From Macrostomum lignano (taxonomy: Eukaryota), in the NCBI GenBank assembly GCA_002269645.1, contig NIVC01002440.1:1-64000 (forward strand): a stretch of DNA of 64,000 nt, written 5' to 3'. The notes under the pieces are model-generated. The model was not told the origin of the DNA and did not search any database. It worked only from the letters and a program-made list of their open reading frames with translations. Each line of letters starts with the position of its first letter. The stretch's first letter is position 1. Positions 26,877 to 36,500 of the stretch are shown one piece after another. The position numbers were made by a program, and so were the translations under genes.

Positions 26877-28048
26877 TGTAGAACTCAGATTGCTGCGGAA
26901 GATGCTGCAGACGCAAGACTAAACCTTTTTAATTAGAAGGCAAGCTTAATATATTAGCCCCATGAGCATGTAGGGTAGTCGCAGGGCCGCTCTGCCATTG
27001 GCTGATCAAAAAATTCATACACTGTAGCGGCCTATGAAGAAGATGGGACCCGATTTTTCGAGCAATATTTGCTAGTGTCCAGACAGCCAACAGCAGCCAA
27101 CTGCAGCCTGTCGATCACCCGATCATTTCAAGTGTCAAAAATACAGCAGAGAAAGCCGTGCAATGCCGCTCAATCCAGTTTGATATCCAATGTCCAGGGC
27201 AGGTGCAAACTGAGATAAAGAAAACTATTTGGGGGCCGAGCTGCCGGCTAGCTCGCGAAGGTGTATTCAGCTCGCCAGTGATGAATGAAACAGGTCAGGC
27301 GTTGTCTCACGCCTGGGACCTATCTTCAGCAGATAAAGGCTGATGTCTGAACCCTCTATTTGCCTCCGGCATGAAATTCCCATTTATCACATTTCTCCCC
27401 AAAGGGATTCCCAAATGCTAAAGTGGTCGATTTTAGGCAAAACGGGAGCTATTTGGTTTCAAAGGAAGAGATTTGCGTAGAGAAATCGGGACCGAATGTT
27501 TCGGGCTCCATTTTGACTCTTAAGTTTACATCCTCTTTATGATTTGGCAAACCACATATTTTACTTTAACTTGACTTACACTTAATTATTTTGCCCCCCC
27601 TCACCATTGTTACAAGCAGAGCTTGACTTGAGCGACTGCCACCCTCTGTTATTTCGCCACCCCCCAAATCCTCAGTTGCTGGTCCACCCTCTCAGATCCT
27701 CAATTTTTATGTCACGCTACCATGCAGATTCTGAAGCCATGTTTTGATTTTCACCGCTTACATTGAGATAAAAAACTCCGTCTCTAAAAATTAGGTCTAA
27801 GAAGACTAATTTCTTAATTCCTCAATTCTTAAAGGTTTACTTTGTAAGATGTGTAGTTGTATCCAATTTTAAGTTATCCCTCGGCTTCGCCTCGGCCAAT
27901 TAACGCGTCCTCAGCCGCTTACGATCAAAATGAATAAAACAAGTGGGGAATGATGTATTTATTACTCTGTTCGTGTCAAGCGAGAGGAAAGTTAAGATGA
28001 AATCCTGCAACGTACTTACCAACGACTTATCCAACCAAAAAATCACAA

Positions 28049-28663
28049 TGAGTATTCCTGACGACTTACTTGACTTGACTCTGCCGGACATGGATTTTAA
28101 TCTTGACTGTTCATGGTGGCCGAAGGCGACAAACACCGTGATGTAGTGGTTTCGAGTCGGCATGCGATGATATGAACGAGTTGGAGTTGAATTTGCAACT
28201 GAATAAAGCGACACCAGAAAATACTAAAAAGAAGGCTGATTAGATCGTCGGCGTATTCAAGCATTGGAATAAGCAGAAGAAGACTGGTTGGTCAACGGGT
28301 AGTGGTCCATCGTTGATGGTCCTAAAGGTCTCTCTGGGATGACGAAGCAAGATCTTAATTATCTTCTGAAGTACCGTCACTAAGAATAAGGAGGCATCGG
28401 CAATCGTTGCCGCAAGAGACGAGAACCAAGTGACAAACATCAACGCTGGTGGAGATTCCATTACCCACATGGTCTGCCAGAGCCAGGCCTCTGCCGTCAT
28501 TACTCGTACTACCACTGGAACTACTACTGTTACCTCTTCTAATGTTGTTGCCCACCAAGGAGGACAGTCAACTGTCGCCGTCAACTCCGAGAGTCCTAGT
28601 CCTAAGAAGATGCGAATCGAGATTTGTGGTGAATCGAATAAGGTCACGATTACTTTCGATTAA
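28049..28663 (+). pseudogene. Crypton/DUF3504-type YR gene, internally deleted (YR-1)
   Basis: N-terminal NKATPENTKKKAD*IVGVFKHW and MTKQDLNYLLKY are joined to a C-terminal tail ending SPSPKKMRIEICGESNKVTITFD*, homologous to the YR-2 tail. Catalytic core absent. cctcggcttcgcctcgg motif upstream at ~27880. Confidence 0.7.
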
Positions 28664-29528
28664 CAATGTTTGTTTTTCGAGAACTTAATGACAGAAGTGC
28701 AGTTCTTCGTTTCTTACACGTTATTTCGTTCGAACAAAAATTCTAAAGTACTCGAGCCCGGCCAGATAAATTGCTTTCGCATCAAATAAATGATTTCCTT
28801 AGTCTATGACCGGGCCTAACTTGGTAATAAGCTCGTTTTCCTGCTCTGTGTGCTTTAAAAACGAACGACGAAAGCCATAGACAACTTTACGTCGTATTAA
28901 AATCGATTCCTCTCCCGGCTTGCAGTCAAAACTTGATTGGTGCTAGAAAAAATTGTCTATGGCCCAAAGGCCAGCCTACCAATACAGGGCTTCGACACGT
29001 TCGCGCCTCGAGAGCGCAGCTAATTAGAAGAGACGAGTGTGCAGAGCTGCAAACAAAATAATTTTCTTACATGTATTTTTTAGCGCGTCCCATGCTAACT
29101 AACCACCTCCAAAAGGCAAGGTAAGCGAACGACTACTTCTGCATTATAGGCATTTTTAATGGCTATATTGATATAACTCTTCCTAATTTTATTTTTCTTG
29201 TCAAGAAACTGGATAGAAACTTTCTGACTTGCTCGCAATGTCAGTTGGAATATACGAGCGTATAATGATATAAATGCTAAAAAACGATCTATTGCAATAT
29301 AAATACGCTCGTACAAAATAGGAAATAGGAACTGTATTCATTACAAAAAAGTTTTTTTAAATTGCAGTTTATTTTGACTTTTACTTTAAGTACTTCAAGT
29401 AAGTTTGATCAGGTCAGGCAAGTTTTTTTTGGTAAGTTGAGGCTTCGAACCGGCGTAATTTGGTTTGTTGTTTTTGTTAATAGCCTTTTCGAGCAACAAA
29501 TTGTTTAAAATCCTTGTCAAAAAAGTCG

Positions 29529-30958
29529 TTACTCAAATTCAATACTTATAAAATTATTACCGCCATCGATTTTGACACGCATTTTTTTTGCCGGGCTAGC
29601 TTGGATTTGAACAGGTTTGTTGTACGATACCGTAGCGACACTGCTGCTGGCGACAGTCAACACGGATGTGCAGGCGGTAGGTTTATCAAATTTTTCAGCA
29701 GCACACAAGCCGGAACCAGAGGCCTGTTCACCAGCGCTTGGAATGTCACGATGCAATGCATCGTGTACGGCCTCAGAACTCTTAAACAAACTCCGATCGC
29801 GGCGCGTGCTCAAGTATCGCTTCACGGTCTTTTCGCATTTGTGTCCCGTTACCATCATAATGCTTTGCAACGAATGGCCACGGCTTTCAAGGTCGCATAC
29901 TCTAGTGACACTGAAAGTTATAGAATAAATAATTATTGAACGAATATTGTAAAACATTTATCATTCTTGAACAGAGGTCAACACTTACCGGATACAGTGA
30001 TTAGTGTAATTTTTACTCAATCCAGCTTTAGCACTCAGGGTCTTCATGAAATCTTGTAAGAATCGAAATCCCCGTGCACATTTCTCAGAGAACCGGAACT
30101 GTTGACCAGGCAGTCCTTTAAGGGGCTTTGGCAAATAAGATTGAGCGGCCGATGGTAAATGACTTTCGTAGACATCAATGACCTCCGTGTTGTAAATACG
30201 AGCATGCTTCGCGTCAATACTTTTTCCGGATGGTCAACGTCAGCTGTCCGGTTCTTGGATGGTAGGGACGGCATGGCCAAATACTCGCGACCATAAGCAT
30301 CTACACCTCGCCGCAAACAGTTCCGTTCCATCAGGACGCGTAGGTGTTCCTGGCCACGCTCACCCAGTTCATACAGAACCGTAAACAACATCTCATCCTG
30401 TAGGTGTTCAGCATCCTCTCTAGTAAAGTATTGTCTAAGCTTAAGCATGTCACCTTCCTCGATTGCGTCATAGTGGCGACTCTGCTGCCCAGCTTCAATA
30501 AACTGCCTGATCTTAAAGCAGAGCATGCGATTGCTTCCATCAAAATCGGTATGCTTTGCCAATAAATTCGTCGGACGCTTGCACAGTATATTCAGATACC
30601 GTTGAATTCCAGCTCTTATACATCCGAGAGATGCAGGAGCGTAATATTTTCCATCTCTTGTCTTTAATTGGAAATAAAATATTCGAAGGCATTCATTAAG
30701 CGTTCTGTCATCCAGCGAGGCATAGTCGGTGCGTAGGCTTCTATTCATACAAAATTCGAAAAAACGTTTACCGTTCTCTTCCATTTGGCGCCTGGTGCTC
30801 GCGGGCAGTCCTTCGATCTCGATGCCATCTAACTGGAGCAACTCAGCACTCAGATCGCCACAAGCAGTTAGTTGTTCTTCGAACTCCTCTAAATTATCAA
30901 GTTGTTCGGTGTCATTTGCGATTAAGCTCATGAAGTCGTCGATAATTGCTCCCGACAT
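29529..30958 (-). CDS. Crypton-type tyrosine recombinase (YR-2), near intact: one frameshift (A5 run 30221-30225) and a 78-bp intron 29988-29911
   Basis: LNECLRIFYFQLKTRDGKYYAPASLGCIRAGIQRYL; catalytic LGERGQE. One added A restores ...FMKTLSAKAGLSKNYTNHCIR, which splices (CG|GTAAGT...TTTCAG|T) to VTRVCDLESRGHSLQSIMMVTGHKCEKTVKRY (HxxR, H, Y). Confidence 0.88.
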
Positions 30959-32168
30959 TCATCGCCGTTCGACGAAAGTCTCGTAATTACGTCTAACTCT
31001 ACATCACTGACGCCACTAATCTCATCCGTCGGCAGAGTGTTGTAGTTAAGTAACGGCGGTAGAAGTTTAGTAGATGTAGACATGTCTGGCTTTTAATTAA
31101 TTTAGTTCTGCATACTCAAGTAGCATTTGCCCAAGCTTTATATCTCGCAGCAAACAGTTCTTACTGATGCTCGCTTAAATGACTGTTCTGTTCAAATTGT
31201 CTATGGCCAAAGAGACTTCTTACGAGACTGCGTGTTATTGTCTTTCTTGACCATAGACTGCTAGCCTATAGGGAAACGCTAGTCAATGCACTCATCTGCA
31301 GTCGGGGTGCATGATAATGGAATAACACGCGAGCGCCGGAAGAATATACCATTGCTTGCTCCCTTTAGACCGCAAAAGACCCCTTAGACCCTTTAGTACG
31401 ACGGGAGGCATATTTATTGTCTATGGGGTGATATGAGGGTACTTGGCTTGGCTTAGTCACAGCAGTTTGAATAGTGAGCGGCCCATCTAGGGAATATACG
31501 ATCTATGGGAGCTCGTTCCATAAGGCTGTCTCCATCCGCCGCCGCTCAAACTCCTCGGCCTCCACATCGGGGACGTCGCCGTCCACGAACGGGCTTAAGG
31601 CTATCTCAAAGCATCTGCCACTCAAGCTGCTCTTTAATTCTTCTCTGAACTTCGATTTGCAGCCGCAGAAACTTTTCCCAAACCGCGTCCTTTCGCTTCT
31701 CCTCTGCGCGGTACCACCTGGGCATGAAGCGCCTGTGGATGCGACTCCAGATTCCCTGGAAGCAGCTGGGCATGTTGTCGATCGATTTCTGTTGTAGAAT
31801 TTTGCAGCTGAGCTCGAGTGCTGGAATTTGAGCTCGCTGGACTGAGCACAGCTTCACTTTAGCTCACTTCACTTCAGTGGGCTGGGCCACAGACTAGTTT
31901 AGCCCGTCATTTTAATCCATCGCACCTGAGCAACTTGCTCGCACACGCTTATAAGCGGCTGTTGAGGTCGCTGTGATTGAGAACTATCCTCCCGACTGAA
32001 ATCGACATCTGTTGAAAATGTCACTCTCGAATATGTCAAATATTTCACTGTCAAAATTGTCACTCGAACATGTCACTCTCGAATACCTGAAGAACGTCAC
32101 AGTGGGCCCTCTTCTCTGCCTCTTATCTGCCTCCTTCGTAATACGTCTTCACATTGCTGCTCGACTAG

Positions 32169-32310
32169 ATATGGGATTTGAGTCATATGGAATTTGAGTC
32201 ATATGGAATTTGAGTCATATGGAATTTGAGTCATATGGAATTTGAGTCATATGGAATTTGAGTCATATGGAATTTGAGTCATACGGGATTTTACTCATAT
32301 GAGATTTTAG
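32169..32310. repeat. 16-bp minisatellite (gagtcatatggaattt)
   Basis: ~8 tandem copies. Confidence 0.93.
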
Positions 32311-33302
32311 TCGCAATACTTGAGTCCAATAATGTTTAGTAAAACAGTAACCTAGATATAAATTTTATGTTTATAATATCACAGGTATAGGACAAAAATA
32401 GCATAATAATGCATGCTTTTTCGATATATTTTCTCTTATTGAAAAAGCCAATCACACCAGCAACTGACCCGCTCACCTGAGCAGTCACTGAACTACCTAA
32501 CCATGCAAACGTGATTGAAGGCCAATTTTTACATGCATCTCAGGTGGGGGAAGCCGCGGATCGCTCGGGCAAAGTTGAGCACTAAAGAAATAAGCGCTCC
32601 GCTTGTTCAAACAAATACTCTCTATCAAATTTGATAGCTTTCATGCACATACGCACTACTACAAGTAACACGGACAGAGTTCGTGCCGTTAAATAGACTT
32701 GAAAGTAGCCTTGCTGCGCCACTTCCTTCGCTTGCGTCTCAACTTCACCGGCCAAACACACAGAAAGTGGCGGTCCGACTGCGCAAAAAAGTCAAGCAAA
32801 GACGCAACTCTTATCTCTCTTGGCTGCGCTCACGGACTGCCCTGTGGGTGTCATGGCAACTATTTCTGACTCTGGCGCAACTCTCTGCCCCCACGGTCCC
32901 CGCTTTATTATTTAGAAGCCTTTATAAATAGAAAAGCCAAGTGCATAGCAAGCCTTCTTTTCAAGCAGCTGAAGAGGTCTCTAAAAGAGCAGCTGGCTCA
33001 GCTCAGTCCAGACTCGCTTCTTCATCTTGGCACCCCCTGCCCCGCCTCACCTGCAAGTACAGAGCTGCAGCTCTCGGTACAGTTCGCTGCCATGTTTTCA
33101 GTCCAACCAGAGCGTTAAGTTTGTATATAAAACAGATGCGTTAGCTAACACTCTGTGCTATAACTCGTATACTAGCATCTTCTTGCCTTGGGTTTTTGTT
33201 GTCATCAAAGTTGTTTTAACTTTGTTTTAACAAAGTTGTGGAGCTTCAGCACGCGTTTGAGCAGCCGGAAAGGTAAGAGCTGAACTTCTTGAGCTGCTGC
33301 AA

Positions 33303-33331
33303 GACAGACAGACAGATAGACAGACAGACAC

Positions 33332-33418
<87 letters not shown>

Positions 33419-33421
33419 GGC

Positions 33422-33470
<49 letters not shown>

Positions 33471-33477
33471 CACAGAC

Positions 33478-33570
<93 letters not shown>

Positions 33571-33575
33571 CAGAC
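33303..33575. repeat. (GACA)n microsatellite
   Basis: Direct reading. Confidence 0.97.
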
Positions 33576-33594
33576 GGAACCCAATTCCGCAGCA

Positions 33595-36500
33595 ATGAAC
33601 GCGGACCAGTTTCTGCTAAATCGGATTCGCGTGGCGGAAGCCGCAGCCGCAGGCGGCGCCACGGCGGCCGCAGTGGCGGAGGAGCGGCGCCGTCAGCTGC
33701 CGTACTGGCGCTGCGATGTGGCCACCCTGGCCGAGCGGTCCCGGGCCCCGGTGGGTCTTTGGGACTGGCCCGACTACCTGGCCGTCATCCTGGTCGGTAC
33801 CGGACTCTGCAGCGCCGGCGTCATCGTAGAGCTTTCGGACCTGCGACTGCTGGCGTCCCTGGGCGTTGAACCGGAGCCGGCCAAGTGGGAGCTCGAAGAG
33901 CTGCTCAGCGGCATTCGGCGCCGCGGATTTAGGCGAAAGCCGATCACCCTCTGCGGCCGGGATTGGCGAGTTGACCTGGCTGACGGGCACACTGGGGTGA
34001 GTGGGACGGCTCTGGCTGGGGCTGTGTGGCCGGTGGCCTTAGCCTAAACTGTGCTCATCAGTGTCTGTGTGATGTCTTTGACTTGAGCTGTGTGCTCATC
34101 AGTGTCTGTGTGATGTCTCTGACATGAGCTGTGTGCTCATCAGTGTCTGTGTGATGTCTCTTGACCTGAGCTGTGTGCTCATCAGTGTCTGTGTGATGTC
34201 TTTGACTTGAGCTGTGTGCTCATCAGTGTCTGTGTGATGCCTCTGACCTGAGCTTTGTGCTCATCAGTGTCTGTGTGATGTCTCTGACCTGAGCTTTGTG
34301 CTCATCAGTGTCTGTGTGATGTCTCTGACCTGAGCTTTGTGCTCATCAGTGTCTGTGTGATGTCTCTGACCTGAGCTTTGTGCTCATCAGTGTCTGCACA
34401 GAACTTACCCAGAATGCTCAATCTGCGATTTTTATGAAATTAACTGCGTAGAAATAGATATACGTACAAACTACTAATCCGGTGAAGAAACATGGGTGGC
34501 CATGGACTATTAACTCGAATGTGTAGCACATAACCACCTGAATTATTATGCTCTTCAAATTGATGAAGAGTCTGCAGGTATTATCAGCAGTCTGCAATTC
34601 TGACGTGCATTCGCCGCATGGAGCATCCAAACAAGAAGTCAGATGTCTGCGTAGCAACCAGCCTGCAACATAAGAAAGCTTCTCATCTTCGATTCCATTT
34701 CCATTTGACTCAAGCAACTCAGAAAAATACAACACAAATCGCACACAAGTTTTCATGCAAATAATATTGTTCCCTTTTGTCTATGGTTTACGGCATTCAT
34801 ACTTGCGGTAACAATTTAATTGTTTGTCGGCTTTTTTCGATTGTTGCCGGATTTCAGACGAATGTATTTGGCTATCAAAACAAGGAACAACAATAGCAAC
34901 ACGGCGAAAGTGTTTCATAGTCACAAAAAGTTCTTAAGAACAAACCGATCGAATCAATTGTTTTACTTTCCGTAAAAGTTGAATGTGCAGTTGTGGAACT
35001 GACCACCACAGAGGCTTCTCGGCAGGTCTTGGCCGCCCTCGGGTGCTTTCATCAGCTCGCCTCTATCAGACCCAGTTGTCACACTTTCGATGGTGGATTC
35101 CGCATCGTCGTCAATTTCCAGATCTTCGCTACCTAGCTCAGGCAGCCCGTTGGAACTGGACGACGCATCCAGGTTGTCCATCTCCAGAACGTAGCGCGTG
35201 CTCGACTCTCGGGTGACAAAAGCCAACTCGTCCGTGGAGAGTCCACATATTTCTCCGCCAGGAATGTTTGCGTAGCGAATCATAGCTACTTTTCCTATTT
35301 GCACTCCGAATAGGAGAATTAATTCAAGCTCAAAATCAACTTGAGAATTAACTCATGGCAGCCAGGCTAGCTGTCTTCACTGTCCTTTAAATTTGCCATA
35401 AACGATTAATTATCTCTACAACCCTTTCATTTAGAGAGCAACTAAATTTGCCATAGACGATTGATTATCTCTACAACCCTTTCAAAGCGCATTCCGGCAA
35501 CAATCGCATTTCATACTCAGCATCCGCACTATGTCTGGGCCATAGACAAGGGAAGTCAAAAGGGTACAATAATGACATGTACCGATTTTTTTCGGCAGCA
35601 ATTGCTCTACTAAGCTTCAGCCGCTACGCGGCTTCAGCTTACGCAATTGCTGCCGAAAAAAATCGGTATATATCGTTACATTGTAGCAGTCCTAAGCCTG
35701 CCGAAACGAGGGTGAAAGCGATGTCTGCCCGCCAGCAAAAGTTGTCTATGGCCCCAAGTGGGCACAAAGAAACTGTGTATATTTTGAGCTAATATACCTT
35801 TTTGCAATCTAGTTTGCCAAAACTGCAATCAATTTTGCCCACGGAGAGAATTTACTTGTATATTTCTAATATCTTGGCTCAGCCTGCCCATTCAGTGCCA
35901 TAGTTTGAACCATAGACAAATCCTTGAAACTGCATTCAATTTTGCCAAAACTGCGATCAAGTTTGCCCGAAACGAATTTATTTGAGAACGAATAACTAAA
36001 ACTAACAGGGAATGAGCTGACACACTGCATGCACAATTAATTCGATGATTACTTTGGACATAGCTACATATTCTCTCCACCATAGCATCGCTGAGTGACT
36101 TCCGTTTGGCACCTCCGCGAGGAAGAGGATCAATGCGACCACTTGCAATAAATCGCCCAACGATATAGGTCACGGTTCTTCGTGCGATGCCCAAAAGTCT
36201 ACCGAAATCTTGCCAGTCCTCTCCGTTCTGAAATGCTTGAATTAAGCGCTGCCGGTCCTTCGTAGAAATCTTGTTATAAGATCCGCACTGAGCCATTCTT
36301 GCGCTTCTATGTTTGTCTGCGGTGCTTGCTTTTTACTATGGGCAAACTTGATCGCAGTTTTGGCAAAATTGAATGCAGTTTCAAGGATTTGTCTATGGTT
36401 CAAACTATGGCAATGAATGGGCAGGTTAAGCCAAGATATTAGAAATATACAAGTAAATTCTCTTAGTGGGCAAAATTGATTGCGGTTTTGGCAAACTAGA

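Noticed and set aside
30215-30230. Programmed -1 frameshift in YR-2
   Set aside because: G GAA AAA is not a canonical X XXY YYZ slippery site; a homopolymer indel is simpler.
31474-31857. GC-rich short ORFs (MPSCFQGIWSRIHRRF...)
   Set aside because: No domain resemblance or consistent splice structure; cannot be supported as a gene.
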